Origin: Polyangiaceae bacterium
Lineage (GTDB): Bacteria; Myxococcota_A; Polyangia; Polyangiales; Polyangiaceae
Assembly (NCBI GenBank): GCA_044376115.1
Contig: JBILLK010000008.1
Coordinates: forward strand, 96,001 to 160,000
DNA: 64,000 nt
Direction: 5' to 3'
Made by a program: the position numbers and the translations under genes. Shown here one piece after another: positions 49,601 to 59,068 of the stretch (position 1 is its first letter; every line of letters starts with the position of its first letter). Below the pieces are notes generated by a model that was not told where the DNA came from, did no database searches, and saw nothing but the letters and a program-made list of their open reading frames with translations.

Positions 49601-50283
49601 TGCGATGCCAAGCGCATGCCGTCGATCTCTGCGTTGGTGCCGGGCCGGCGCGCCTTCATCTGACCCAAACCGCGCGCGGATCCAGGTTGCGCAGCTTGCG
49701 CGTGATCCGGCACTGGGGAGGTTTGGTTTTGCGCAGACCAACGCAAGCCTGAAGCGCTGTAACGGACCTCCATTCGCTCCGGCTCGAGCAACGCCGTTTG
49801 CCCGCGTACGAGCTCGAGCACACGCTCACCTCGTTGCAACGTGACGTTGCCGCGTAGCACCGTCAAAGCAGCCGTTCGCTCGCGGCTCTCGAGCTTTAGC
49901 TCGAGAGCCTCCTCCGGCTCGAGTCGGATCACAGCACCAGCGAGCACGAGTTCGTGCGCTGCCTTCAAGCCGCCCGGCGAAACGATGTGCAGGCTGCCCT
50001 CGAGCAACTCCACCCGTTCATCGACCTGCAGCCGCGCGTGCGGCAGCGCGCTCAGCTGCAGACCGTCACCCTCGAGCACCAACGTCTGTGGCCCCGAATC
50101 GATCAAGCCCTCGGCGAGCGACTGGCCCGGGTGGACCCCCACGCACGTCTCGCCGCAGAGCGTTGCGCCCTCCCCGTCCACGCTCAGCACCTTGCGTTGC
50201 TCGTGCCCCTCCGTGCTCGACTCGAGCTCACACCCGAACAGGCCGAGACCGAGCGCCATGCCATAGAGCCGCCGCAATCGCAT
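46672..50283 (-). CDS. Lipoprotein with VIT, vWA, AgmX/PglI-like (TonB-C) and TPR-like regions
   Basis: LFGC lipobox; F.N.T...LEG..FP.P VIT; IDKSAS vWA; IVR.N...FR.CYE..L...P.L.G motif. Confidence 0.8.
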   Translation of the reverse strand: MRLRRLYGMALGLGLFGCELESSTEGHEQRKVLSVDGEGATLCGETCVGVHPGQSLAEGLIDSGPQTLVLEGDGLQLSALPHARLQVDERVELLEGSLHIVSPGGLKAAHELVLAGAVIRLEPEEALELKLESRERTAALTVLRGNVTLQRGERVLELVRGQTALLEPERMEVRYSASGLRWSAQNQTSPVPDHAQAAQPGSARGLGQMKARRPGTNAEIDGMRLASHSVEAHLEHGLARTVVEEVFENTTDQTLEGTLTFPIPQGATVSELVLWVGDEPVRAEMVEKKRAKAIFTGIVDDTVRPRDPALLELKNGQLISLSIFPIPARSKRKVRLAFDSVLPEVNGRGHYEYPFSKSTPLGLMSLRVRLEGACDVKPLSLSPQLSQDAAGTTLLLEQTVNSPSESLRVDYARGGACGDEQARTGFTQLLEPRAEEGVSGAAGLIRATLTSDASDALPPPVQGDLALVIDKSASQTAASFAQVQQQAKLWLAGLDRDESFVLLACDSRCESFPAQGLAAGGAAEVDRALAWLAQRKPEGASDIAASLETAAARLQRSSSRRVVMIGDGVPSAGALSARTLGLRVERALQATTDFRLVPLGDNVDRPMLQAIAEAGSGSVVPALEEGSDELVAIMRAPLVHDLELVLPPGVELAAPLPTAVRLGESLAIFTEGRAEPGALLSIVGRMGDAEFALSEPLTPVSARSGMVARQLAQARIAALELQGEAKQQAIRELSQQSFVLSRYTSMLVLENDAMFSAFGIPRTRGLEPDGVGQGAGVGALAEGANPWADPLGVGSGAGRLGGNHKSPVPRIRDVGASVVGGLPKDIVRRIVRQNFGSFRMCYENELRARPDLNGVVTVRFMIRPDGTATPATVLSNTANSKSLGACVARRFASLRFPDPEAGEVTVTYPISFTPPEFGGTVSFGMVSGFSSRSFSSGNDAWMVKDAELEAIEREAEKSSEKRSVHRALIRSRLAHGQFAAAREAALLFVELDPSSSEAHELLAETELASGHREASLLRLEELSELDPSSFATQLRVARALEAAGDDARACSHWRSANELRPHDDAVLVQSLRCRARVGGERTQVLAEAESLRARSRVSKLVQAIESWQPLGYEAPAEDLTLKLECSAAKAQCPTAIFVDTLGRVVSDVLPTRDGLSSPNARSLRLVLVGGSAEQPVTVALSERGQSRTVTLKRAERSTALQLD

Positions 50284-50384
50284 TCAGGAACCCTCGCACA
50301 AGAGGCCATGCACGACCGGGCGGTCACGCCTGGGCCAAGACACCACTCCCGACGGGAAGTTCCGCGCAAGTCGCAGCCTCCCCT

Positions 50385-50723
50385 TCAGTGCGACCGAACA
50401 ATCCGCGCCTCGGCGCTCATACGCATCACCGAAACAGCTGCAATCAGGACGCCGGCCAAAGTGAGCGGCTGGGCTGCCTCCAGCATACCAATCAGCGCTA
50501 TCGCCTCCGAAGGCGCGCCCTGGATATGCAAGTAGACCGCCCAAAGATTGAAGCCGCTAGCGAACAGCGCGAGGCCGAGCAAGAGCGAAGGTACCGCGCG
50601 CAGGAAGTTCACCCGCGCCTCACTCGGGGCCAGCACCGCTCGCGCAGCGGCGGCCAACATACCGAGCCCGACCACCGAAACCAGCAACATCCCAAAACCA
50701 CCCGCCGTAAACCAATTGAGCAT
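50385..50723 (-). CDS. Small membrane protein (ExbB/MotA-like N-terminal GGFGM)
   Basis: Three hydrophobic segments, AGGAGG RBS. Confidence 0.6.
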   Translation of the reverse strand: MLNWFTAGGFGMLLVSVVGLGMLAAAARAVLAPSEARVNFLRAVPSLLLGLALFASGFNLWAVYLHIQGAPSEAIALIGMLEAAQPLTLAGVLIAAVSVMRMSAEARIVRSH

Positions 50724-50745
50724 CGTGACCTCCTGCCACCGCTAG

Positions 50746-50761
50746 AGCAGCAGCCGTGCCA
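50746..50761 (-). promoter_or_regulatory. Putative sigma54 promoter
   Basis: TGGCACGGCTGCTGCT (GG-N10-GC) upstream of ATG 50723. Confidence 0.6.
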
Positions 50762-50859
50762 GCCGCAGCAAGGTCGCGCGCCGCAGGAAAGCCGCACAAA
50801 AGCAAAGAAGGTGTCCGACTAAACGGACACCTTCTTCGGACACCGTCCGCTCGAGCGGA

Positions 50860-51663
50860 CTACTTATTTTGCGTCGAGCCGGTGGCCGGCTCACCCTTCT
50901 TGGCCGCGTCACCGGCGTCTCCCGGCGAATCACCAATCGGCGCGGTGACTACCTCGGCCTCGTCGAGCTTGCGCGGGACCGGCTTGAACATCTTGACCTC
51001 GTTGCCGGTAGCGATGAACGCCGTCCCGACCGGCGGAGCGACCTTGGGCGGGTTGCGCAGCCGCTCGAGCTCTTCAGCCGAGAGCACCGTCAGCACAGTA
51101 CCGCCGTCGAGCGCGTTGGTCGGGCCGAACGGACGGCCGTTGATCTCCATCACGTGGAACTCGGTGCGGCGGTTCTCCTGCCGTCCTTCCGCGAGCTCAT
51201 TCGGCCCAATCGGGCTGCGCTCACCGTACCCGGCGGCGACCAGGCGAATGTTGTCGACGCCGCGTTCTACGAGCCAATGACACACGGCGAGAGATCGCTT
51301 GGCCGAGAGCTCCTGGTTGTACTCATCGTCGGCGCGACTATCCGTGTGCCCTTCAACGCGCAGACGCGTGACGTCAGGCCGCTCTTGCAGGAACTTGAGC
51401 AGCTGCTCCAGCGTCTTTTGGCTCTCCGGGCGAATCGTCGCGCGGGCCGTATCGAAGACGATCTTGCCCTCGATGTAGACCTTGGTGTCCTGGGAGACGT
51501 TGAACTTTGCGTTTGGATCGAACCAACCGGGGATCGGGCGCCGCAAGTCGGCGTTGGGCACCGGGTTGGGCGGAAGATTGTGATCGGCGCAGGCCGCAGC
51601 AGAGAGCGTGACTGCGAGCGTCGCCGCAAGCGGGGTCGACCCAGTCTTCTTAGGAAAGTCCAT
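50860..51663 (-). CDS. OmpA-family lipoprotein
   Basis: VEGHTD, N..LS..R, GYGE..P, NRRTEF motifs; AAAC lipobox. Confidence 0.9.
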   Translation of the reverse strand: MDFPKKTGSTPLAATLAVTLSAAACADHNLPPNPVPNADLRRPIPGWFDPNAKFNVSQDTKVYIEGKIVFDTARATIRPESQKTLEQLLKFLQERPDVTRLRVEGHTDSRADDEYNQELSAKRSLAVCHWLVERGVDNIRLVAAGYGERSPIGPNELAEGRQENRRTEFHVMEINGRPFGPTNALDGGTVLTVLSAEELERLRNPPKVAPPVGTAFIATGNEVKMFKPVPRKLDEAEVVTAPIGDSPGDAGDAAKKGEPATGSTQNK

Positions 51664-52081
51664 CGGTGCCCCGATCGTGTCTGAAGGATGGGGGGCGCTG
51701 CAAGTTCTCGTGCGGATTTTTTTCGAGCCTTCTTGCAGACCCGAGCGAAGTCCGCAAACATCCGGCGATGCTCGTTGTTTTCGAGGCTCATTTGGTCCCT
51801 GGCTCGGCCGCTGATGATCTGCTCTCCGCCGAGGCAAAGCGTGAAACGAATGCTCAGGTCATGACCGCGGCGGAGGCCAAGCAGGTAGGCTTCGGCGGCC
51901 TGCCCGATCTTGGCCCGGATGTGCGGCTAATCGCGGTCAATGCCCGGGATAAAGGCTGGATTCAGAACATTCTGGAGGCCAGCCCGGTGGTCGCTCGCTT
52001 CAACGTTCATCACGTGGATTGACGAGGCTTTTCCCAGCGGTTGGGCCGTTCGCAGCGCCAAAGCCGTGCTAGGCACAAGCG

Positions 52082-52942
52082 ATGAACGGCCCGATCGAAG
52101 CCAAGCTGGACGCGCTCGTCCGCTACCTCGCCGATCTTTCGAGTGTGCTGGTCTGCTTCTCCGGCGGTGTAGACAGCGCCTTTCTCCTGGCCGCATGTCA
52201 GCGGGCCCCGGGCTTGCGCGCCATTGGGATGACCGCAGTTTCACCCAGTTTGCACCCGGCTGAGCTCGAGGCGGCCAGCGCCTTTGCGGCCTCCATCGCC
52301 GCCGATCATCGCGTCGTCGAGTCGCAGGAGATCGAGGTGGAGGGCTATCAAGCCAACGGCACCGATCGCTGCTTCTACTGCAAGACCGAGCTTTACGAGA
52401 TCGCCCAGGTCAAGCGCGCCGAGTGGAACGTCGAGCACATCCTCAACGGCACCAACATCGATGATCTGGGGGATTATCGGCCTGGCCTCGAGGCGGCGAA
52501 ACAAAAGGGCGTAAAGAGCCCGCTGGTCGAGCTTGGCTTCAACAAGGCGGAGGTGCGTGAAGGCGCGAAGCTGCTCGGCCTCGAGCTGTGGGACAAGCCT
52601 GCCGCCGCGTGTCTATCGAGCCGGATCGCCTTCGGTACGCGCGTTACCCGCGAGCGGCTCGCACGCGTTGCTGCTCTCGAGAGCACCTTGGCCGAACTCG
52701 GCTTTCGTGGGCATCGCGTGCGGTATCACCCTGCTGGGCCCAACGGGGATCAAGCCTTGGCGCGCATCGAGCTTCCTGCCGCGGATCTCGCGCGCGCCTT
52801 CACGCCAGAGGTGCGCGAGGCCATCCTCAGCGCCGCCAACAAGGCCGATTTTTTATACGTGACCGTGGATCTGGCCGGCTACCGCATGGGCAGTCACAAC
52901 GCCGCCATCAGCCACAAGCGCTCACTCAACGTCGTGCAGTGA
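52082..52942 (+). CDS. larE: ATP-dependent sacrificial sulfur transferase LarE-like
   Basis: FSGGVDS PP-loop, RCFYCK, DD..DYRPG, WDKP..ACLSSRI. Confidence 0.88.
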   Translation: MNGPIEAKLDALVRYLADLSSVLVCFSGGVDSAFLLAACQRAPGLRAIGMTAVSPSLHPAELEAASAFAASIAADHRVVESQEIEVEGYQANGTDRCFYCKTELYEIAQVKRAEWNVEHILNGTNIDDLGDYRPGLEAAKQKGVKSPLVELGFNKAEVREGAKLLGLELWDKPAAACLSSRIAFGTRVTRERLARVAALESTLAELGFRGHRVRYHPAGPNGDQALARIELPAADLARAFTPEVREAILSAANKADFLYVTVDLAGYRMGSHNAAISHKRSLNVVQ

Positions 52943-52986
52943 CGTGTGCGAGCTAGCGACTGCCCAGCGGTCTGCTAAGCAGCAGC

Positions 52987-53760
52987 GTGCCTGAAGGACA
53001 CACGATTCACCGGCTCGCACGCGACCTCAACGGCGACCTCGCTGGAGCCGTATTGCGCGTGTCGTCACCTCAAGGTCGCGTCCCCACCGAGACGGTGGAT
53101 GGCGCTCGCTTCGAGCGCGCGGAGGCCGTCGGCAAGCACCTCTTCCTGCATTTCCCCGACGCCTGTTTGCACGTGCATCTCGGGCTCTTCGGGCGCTTCC
53201 GCCGACGAAAGCTGAACGGCGCGCCGCCGCGAGACACGATTCGGCTGCGGCTCGAGGGGCCGCGTTACGCGTGGGAGCTCAGCGGAGCCACCGCCAGCGA
53301 TTGGGTGGACGAGCAGGACATCAGCGCGCTGCTCGAGCGAATCGGGCCCGACCCACTGTCTCCGCGGGCCAAGCCCAAGCTCGCCTGGGAGAGGATTCAC
53401 CGCTCCAAACGCCCTCTAGCGGCGCTGCTGCTGGATCAACGCGTGCTCTCCGGCGTCGGCAATGTCTACCGCGCGGAGATTCTGCATCTGCTGAGCCTCC
53501 ACCCGGAGCTCCCCGGAAGCGAGCTACCCCGAGCCACCTTTCAGAAGCTTTGGCGGCTCACCAAGAAGCTGCTGGCCCGCGGCGTCGAGGAAAAGACCAT
53601 CCGCACGGTGGATAAGCCAAGCAATCGCACGAAGCGCGAGGCGCTATACGTCTACGGTCGAAACAGCTGTCGCAGCTGCCAAGGCCGAGTCGTACGCGTC
53701 ACGCTCGGCCAACGCGATCTGCACTATTGCCCAACGTGTCAACCGCGCACGAGCCGATGA
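52987..53760 (+). CDS. Fpg/Nei-family DNA glycosylase
   Basis: MPEGH N-terminus, LLDQ...GVGNVY H2TH, C-terminal zinc finger. Confidence 0.93.
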   Translation: MPEGHTIHRLARDLNGDLAGAVLRVSSPQGRVPTETVDGARFERAEAVGKHLFLHFPDACLHVHLGLFGRFRRRKLNGAPPRDTIRLRLEGPRYAWELSGATASDWVDEQDISALLERIGPDPLSPRAKPKLAWERIHRSKRPLAALLLDQRVLSGVGNVYRAEILHLLSLHPELPGSELPRATFQKLWRLTKKLLARGVEEKTIRTVDKPSNRTKREALYVYGRNSCRSCQGRVVRVTLGQRDLHYCPTCQPRTSR

Positions 53761-53788
53761 AAGCCGTGTGCGCGGGGTTTGCGCACGC

Positions 53789-55435
53789 TCAGGTTGCTAC
53801 GCGGTTGCCTTGAAGATCCGGACGCGCGCTCCACAGCGCGTCACTCATGAACGGCCGGCGCGTCTCCCCGGTAACCACCATCAAGAGCTTGGTGATCTTG
53901 AGGTTGTCTGCGTCGGTCACCAACAGAATCAGAAGCTCGCGGATGAAGTTGCTGTTGAGCGTAATGTCGTTGTCGGTTCCCACGCCGAGCTCCACGCCCT
54001 TCTTCTCCCACCACGTAAACGGGTGAGCTTTGTAGGTCGCCAGGCTCTGCGTCAGCTTCACGTTCGAGGTGGGCAAGCTCACGAGGGAGACGTTCTTGTT
54101 GATCATGCGATTGAGCACGTCATGCTGGTAGTGCTCGACCTCACGCGCGGCGTGGAACTTCACGGTGATGAAGTTGCGGATCTCGTCGGCCGTGAGCGCT
54201 TCACCGCGCACCAACTTGTCGAGCAGGTCACGCCGGTCACGCCAATCCATATCGTCGATCTCGCGGAACTCAGGGCTCTCCTTGGGAACAGGCTGACGCT
54301 TGGTGTTGAGCGCCATCACGCGCTCGAACACCATATGGAAGTAGTAATTGGGGTTCACGCCCAAACTCACGCCGTGTTCCAACGTGTCGATGTGCCAAAT
54401 GTTCATCGCATTATCGACAGCCTGGACGCCGCGACGCAGGCAGGACCAGGTCTCGCCGTGATGCGAGCGGATATGGAAGCCGCGGCTCGCTAACTTGCGC
54501 ATGCCTGGGCGCATCTCTTCAAAGTGCGCCTTGCGATAGTGATGTCGCTCGTCGCCGACGGTATCGACGTCGGTCATCTTGTCGCGCAAGAAGGGGTACT
54601 TTGCAATCAACGCCAAGATCTCTTCAGCGTGATGCATGAACGAGGCGCCCTTGTTTTCGTAGCGCTCAGCGTCGAAGAAGTCGGACTCTTTGCGAAAGCT
54701 CGGAGAGAGCACATAGTCGAAGTCGGCGTGCTCGCGACGAAAGGACTCGAAGCCTTCATACAGCCCGAGCACGACGTCCTCCGGCTCCACCTCGGGGCCG
54801 GGCAACGCGTCCGCGGCGCTCTTGGTCGCGCGGGAGAAGGTGAACTTCAACCGCACCCGGCCGATGTTGTAATTGTGATAGAGGCGATGGGCCATGTGAT
54901 AGGCGGCATCGCAGTGCGCTTGCTTATCCACCAATACGAGCTTGGCTAGGGTCAGCACCTGCAAGTAGCGCGAGAAGCCCATGCCGTCCTGCAGGCGCAA
55001 CAGGCGATCCACGTCGGCCTCGTTGTTGATGGGCAGCGCCTCTTCTCCGTACGCCTCGCGGATCTTGGCTTCATAGACCGCTCGACTTGGCCCTTCCAGG
55101 AGCGCCTGCAGCCGCGGGTAGACGAAGTCCGCCGCGAGCGAGCCGGTTAGATGGATATGCTCCTCACGAAAGCGCAACGGAAACGCGCGAAAGATCCCAC
55201 CGAGCGTCTGCGCGACTTCATGCGCCAACAGGCTGCGAATGTCCGAGGGATCACGGTGGTAGCTATAGACGAGCTCTTGAAACTCACGCAGCGAAGCGGC
55301 CACCTCCGGGCGCTCCTCGACCAACATCGAGCGCAGGGCTAGATCCAGCGTATTGGCCAGCGTTACGCCGTTGGTTTCGCTGATGAGCTTGAGCAGTACA
55401 TGTCCGAGAGGCGATGCGTACGGATCGGGAAACAC
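53789..55435 (-). CDS. Adenosine/AMP deaminase-like amidohydrolase
   Basis: EEHIHL.GS, HHGE, EHG, GTDND metal-binding motifs. Confidence 0.75.
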   Translation of the reverse strand: MFPDPYASPLGHVLLKLISETNGVTLANTLDLALRSMLVEERPEVAASLREFQELVYSYHRDPSDIRSLLAHEVAQTLGGIFRAFPLRFREEHIHLTGSLAADFVYPRLQALLEGPSRAVYEAKIREAYGEEALPINNEADVDRLLRLQDGMGFSRYLQVLTLAKLVLVDKQAHCDAAYHMAHRLYHNYNIGRVRLKFTFSRATKSAADALPGPEVEPEDVVLGLYEGFESFRREHADFDYVLSPSFRKESDFFDAERYENKGASFMHHAEEILALIAKYPFLRDKMTDVDTVGDERHHYRKAHFEEMRPGMRKLASRGFHIRSHHGETWSCLRRGVQAVDNAMNIWHIDTLEHGVSLGVNPNYYFHMVFERVMALNTKRQPVPKESPEFREIDDMDWRDRRDLLDKLVRGEALTADEIRNFITVKFHAAREVEHYQHDVLNRMINKNVSLVSLPTSNVKLTQSLATYKAHPFTWWEKKGVELGVGTDNDITLNSNFIRELLILLVTDADNLKITKLLMVVTGETRRPFMSDALWSARPDLQGNRVAT

Positions 55436-55485
55436 AAGCCACCTTACCAGCCTGCGTCGCGACCTGCTCGAAGAGCTGCGTTGGG

Positions 55486-55719
55486 CTAGGTTCCCTCGGC
55501 GGGAAGCAGCAAGCCTGCGATGTCACGTTGAAAGCTGATACGCGTCCCAGCGCGCAGCCAGAGCGGCTGGCTCTCCACGTTGAAGGTCAGGTTGGCGTTG
55601 GGTTCGTGCACGTAGATTGCGCCTCCGTGATTCACCACGGCGACTTTGTTGGGCGGGACTTGCCACTGTTGTTGGTGAGCGGGGACACAGAACGGCTCAG
55701 CACGCGGATGCCAGAACAT
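55486..55719 (-). CDS. Possible small hypothetical protein
   Basis: 77-aa ORF with GGAGG RBS in the intergenic gap. Confidence 0.4.
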   Translation of the reverse strand: MFWHPRAEPFCVPAHQQQWQVPPNKVAVVNHGGAIYVHEPNANLTFNVESQPLWLRAGTRISFQRDIAGLLLPAEGT

Positions 55720-55836
55720 GATGCAACCTCCGCGCGTAGCGTAACGTGACAGTGCCGCAATCGCAGCCGCTCCGTTATCTGCGCTAATGCGGCAGAGACC
55801 CCCCTGCTGGGAGAGCGAGCTGGTAGGGTGCACGGC

Positions 55837-57024
55837 ATGGTATCGAGACGCGCTTGGATCATCGGAGCGACGCTCGGAGTTGCTGGAGCGGGCTCTGCGT
55901 TTGGCGTGTACAAACTCACGCGTAAAACCCCCGAATCGGTCTTGGTCGAGAGCCGCGAGCTGCGTCAAACCGTGGTGAGCAGCGGTCAAGTGATGCCGCC
56001 GGCGGAGGTCAGCCTGGAGAGCCTGATCACCAGCAACATCGTCGAGATCGCCAAACGAGAGGGCGATGAGGTCAAGGCAGGAGAGCTGCTCTTGCGCCTC
56101 GATGACCGTGAGCTCAACGCTGCGATCGCCCAGGCGGAGGCGGCGGTGGAGCAGGCCAAAGCTGGTAAGAGCAGCATCAAGGCGACCACCCTGCCGCAGA
56201 CCTTGGAGACGCTCAGCCAAATCCGAGCCAATCTCGGGCAGGCGCGCGCTGAGCTCGTGCGCAACAAGAAGCTGTTCGAGGCGGGAGTGATCACCAAGAG
56301 CGCGCTCGAGTCGGCAGACAACGCCGTGCGCATCTACGAGAGCCAAGAGAAGGCCGCCGATCTCCAAGTTCGCTCAGCTTCGCCTTCGGGCTCGAGCAGC
56401 CTCACCGCCTCAGCGGCGATCGCCGTGGCAGAAGCACAGCTGGCGGCAGCCAAAGTGACGCGCGAGCGCACTCGCATCCTGGCTCCGATGGACGGCGTGA
56501 TCACCTCACGCTTCGTCGAGCTCGGGGAGACGGTGCGCCCCGGGCTTGCGCTGCTGGTGCTTACCGCGCGAGGGCGTACCCGCATCCTGCTCGAGCCCGA
56601 CGAGCGCAACCTGGCCCTGCTCGCAAAAGGGCAACGCGCGGTGGTCTCCGCCGAGGCCTTCCCCAGTGAGTCGTTCGAGGCGACGCTCGGCTACATCGCG
56701 CCCGCGGTGAACGGCGAACGCGGGACGATCGAAGTGCGGCTCGACGTGACCGACCCGCCAGCCTACCTGCGACCCAACATGACGGTCTCGGTCGAGCTGC
56801 AGATCCAATCGCGGCAGAACGCCCTTTCTTTGCCGCTGTCGGCGGTGCAAGACATCAAGAGTACGCCGTGGGTGGGCGTGCTCGACGCACGCGGCAAAGC
56901 AACTCGCCGCGAGATTCGACTGGGCCTGCGTGGTGACGAGCGGGCAGAGATCCTCGAGGGGCTCGAAGCCGGAGAGCGCGTCGTCTACGACCCCGCGGCG
57001 GCCACCGTACAGGCTGGGCGCTGA
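55837..57024 (+). CDS. Efflux periplasmic adaptor (MacA/HlyD-like)
   Basis: EGD.VKAGELL, coiled coil, I.APMDGVI, LRPNMTV. Confidence 0.9.
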   Translation: MVSRRAWIIGATLGVAGAGSAFGVYKLTRKTPESVLVESRELRQTVVSSGQVMPPAEVSLESLITSNIVEIAKREGDEVKAGELLLRLDDRELNAAIAQAEAAVEQAKAGKSSIKATTLPQTLETLSQIRANLGQARAELVRNKKLFEAGVITKSALESADNAVRIYESQEKAADLQVRSASPSGSSSLTASAAIAVAEAQLAAAKVTRERTRILAPMDGVITSRFVELGETVRPGLALLVLTARGRTRILLEPDERNLALLAKGQRAVVSAEAFPSESFEATLGYIAPAVNGERGTIEVRLDVTDPPAYLRPNMTVSVELQIQSRQNALSLPLSAVQDIKSTPWVGVLDARGKATRREIRLGLRGDERAEILEGLEAGERVVYDPAAATVQAGR

Positions 57025-57025
57025 T

Positions 57026-58246
57026 ATGCCGTTAGCCTGGTTTATCGCTTTACGCTTCATGTGGGAGCAGCGCTCGCAGAACCTGCTCATGGCCTCGGGC
57101 GTCGGCGTCGGCGTCGGCGTACTGGTGTTCATCTCGGCGTTGATCGGAGGGCTGCAGATATCGTTGATTGAGCGCACGACCGGCTCACAAGCCCACGTGG
57201 TGGTTACGCCTGTTGAGCAGGAAGGCCGCCCACTGCTGAGCGATACCGACACAACCACCCATATCCGCCGGGTCGAGCGCCCGGTACAGCGCATTCAGAG
57301 CATCGCCGATTGGCGCAAACTCGATCGCAACCTCAGCTCGGTAAGCGGCGTCGTTGCCTCCGCCCCGATCGCCAGCGGCCCCGCGTTGGCCGTACGCGGT
57401 GCGACAGAACAAGCGGTGCTCGTGCTCGGAGCCGACGCGGATCGGCTCGAGACGGTGATACCTATCAACAAGAACCTCAAGCAGGGTAACTACACGACGA
57501 ACGGCACCGACGTCGTACTCGGTATCGATCTAGCGAAGGACCTCGGCGTGGGTATCGGGGACCGCGTACGCCTGCGCACCGCTCGCGGGGAAGGGCAGAT
57601 CTTCATCGTGCGCGGCCTGGTCGACATGGGCAATCAGGGTCTGAATAAGACCTGGGCGCTGATGAGCCTGCGGAATGCGCAAACCATGCTCGGCTTGGGG
57701 GGAGCGGTGACTTCCATCTTGGTGCGCGTGAAAGACATCTATGAAGCTGACGTCGCCGCCGAACGCATCGCTAAACTCACAGGGCTGACGGCGCGCAGTT
57801 GGATGCAGAGCAACGCTCAGCTGCTCACTGCGCTCAAGTCGCAGACGGCCTCGACCACGATGATTCGCTTCTTCGTCATTGTCAGCGTCGCGATCGGCAT
57901 TGCCAGCGTGCTGGTGGTATCGGTGATTCAACGCTCCAAAGAGATCGGCATCCTGCGTGCGATGGGCACGTCGCGCGGCGGCATTCTGCGAATGTTCCTG
58001 ATCCAAGGTGCCCTGGTCGGAGTGCTGGGCAGCGTGCTCGGCTGCGCGATGGGCGCTGGCCTCACCTTCCTCTTCCGTATCGCGGTCTCCAACGCCGACG
58101 GCACGCCCTTGTTCCCGTTTGCGCTCACGCCCAGCCTCTTTCTCGCCTCGTCGGGCATTGCGGTATTGGCAGGCGTAGTAGCCGCCATCATCCCAGCTCG
58201 CCGCGCGGCCCGGCTCGACCCAGCAGAGGCGATTCGTTATGGCTGA
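57026..58246 (+). CDS. ABC permease (FtsX/LolC-E/MacB-like)
   Basis: [26 protein letters not shown]. Confidence 0.9.
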   Translation: MPLAWFIALRFMWEQRSQNLLMASGVGVGVGVLVFISALIGGLQISLIERTTGSQAHVVVTPVEQEGRPLLSDTDTTTHIRRVERPVQRIQSIADWRKLDRNLSSVSGVVASAPIASGPALAVRGATEQAVLVLGADADRLETVIPINKNLKQGNYTTNGTDVVLGIDLAKDLGVGIGDRVRLRTARGEGQIFIVRGLVDMGNQGLNKTWALMSLRNAQTMLGLGGAVTSILVRVKDIYEADVAAERIAKLTGLTARSWMQSNAQLLTALKSQTASTTMIRFFVIVSVAIGIASVLVVSVIQRSKEIGILRAMGTSRGGILRMFLIQGALVGVLGSVLGCAMGAGLTFLFRIAVSNADGTPLFPFALTPSLFLASSGIAVLAGVVAAIIPARRAARLDPAEAIRYG

Positions 58247-58994
58247 CCAGCAGGCCGCAACCTCGCCCCCTACCGAGGTCGTGCTCGAAATGCACGGCAT
58301 CACCAAGGACTTCGGCAAGGGCGCCGTGATCACTCGTGTGCTGCACGGTATTGATCTGACCGTGAGGGCTGGAGAGCTCGTAGCCATCATCGGCCCTTCC
58401 GGCAGCGGCAAGAGCACCCTGCTCAATATCCTCGGTCTGCTGATGCCGGCGACCTCGGGCTCGCTCAAAGTAAGCGGTGAAGATGTCGCGAGTAAGCAGG
58501 ACGCTGAGCTCACCCGTTTCCGCGGCAAGCACATCGGCTTCGTCTTTCAATTCCACCATTTGATCTCAGGCCTCACCGCCGCCGAGAACCTGATGGTGCC
58601 GCTGATCATCGCCAAAGGGCGCGCAACAGCGGATATGCGGGAGCGAGCGCGCGCCTCGCTCGAGGAGGTCGGGCTGGCCAGCAAGCTCGACTCGCGCCCT
58701 GGTCAAATGTCAGGCGGAGAACAACAACGCGTGGCCGTTGCGCGCGCGCTGATCGGCCACCCACCGCTGCTGCTCGCCGACGAGCCGACGGGTAACTTGG
58801 ATACCGAGAACTCGGAGAAGATCTTCGAGCTGATGCGACGCTACAATCGCGAGCGAAAAACGGCGGTCATCATCGTCACCCACGACCCGAGGATCGCCCA
58901 GCGCTGCGACCGTATCGTTGAAGTCGTAGACGGGCTCATCCGCTCGGACAAGCCGGTTCCAGCGGCGGCGCTGCCCAGCGAGGCCGTTAGATAA
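58239..58994 (+). CDS. ABC ATP-binding protein (LolD/MacB-like)
   Basis: [26 protein letters not shown]. Confidence 0.93.
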   Translation: MADQQAATSPPTEVVLEMHGITKDFGKGAVITRVLHGIDLTVRAGELVAIIGPSGSGKSTLLNILGLLMPATSGSLKVSGEDVASKQDAELTRFRGKHIGFVFQFHHLISGLTAAENLMVPLIIAKGRATADMRERARASLEEVGLASKLDSRPGQMSGGEQQRVAVARALIGHPPLLLADEPTGNLDTENSEKIFELMRRYNRERKTAVIIVTHDPRIAQRCDRIVEVVDGLIRSDKPVPAAALPSEAVR

Positions 58995-59068
58995 AACCAA
59001 ACCTACAAGCTGGCTTGCGGGGACGCAAACACCTTTAAAGTCGTTCCAAAGCATGCTCTCTTCCGGGC

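Noticed and set aside
8621..58534. Many long overlapping antisense ORFs (e.g. 8621-9511, 29236-30159, 40336-41472, 44150-45247, 57530-58534)
   Set aside because: Shadow frames of well-supported genes in high-GC DNA, with no recognisable motifs
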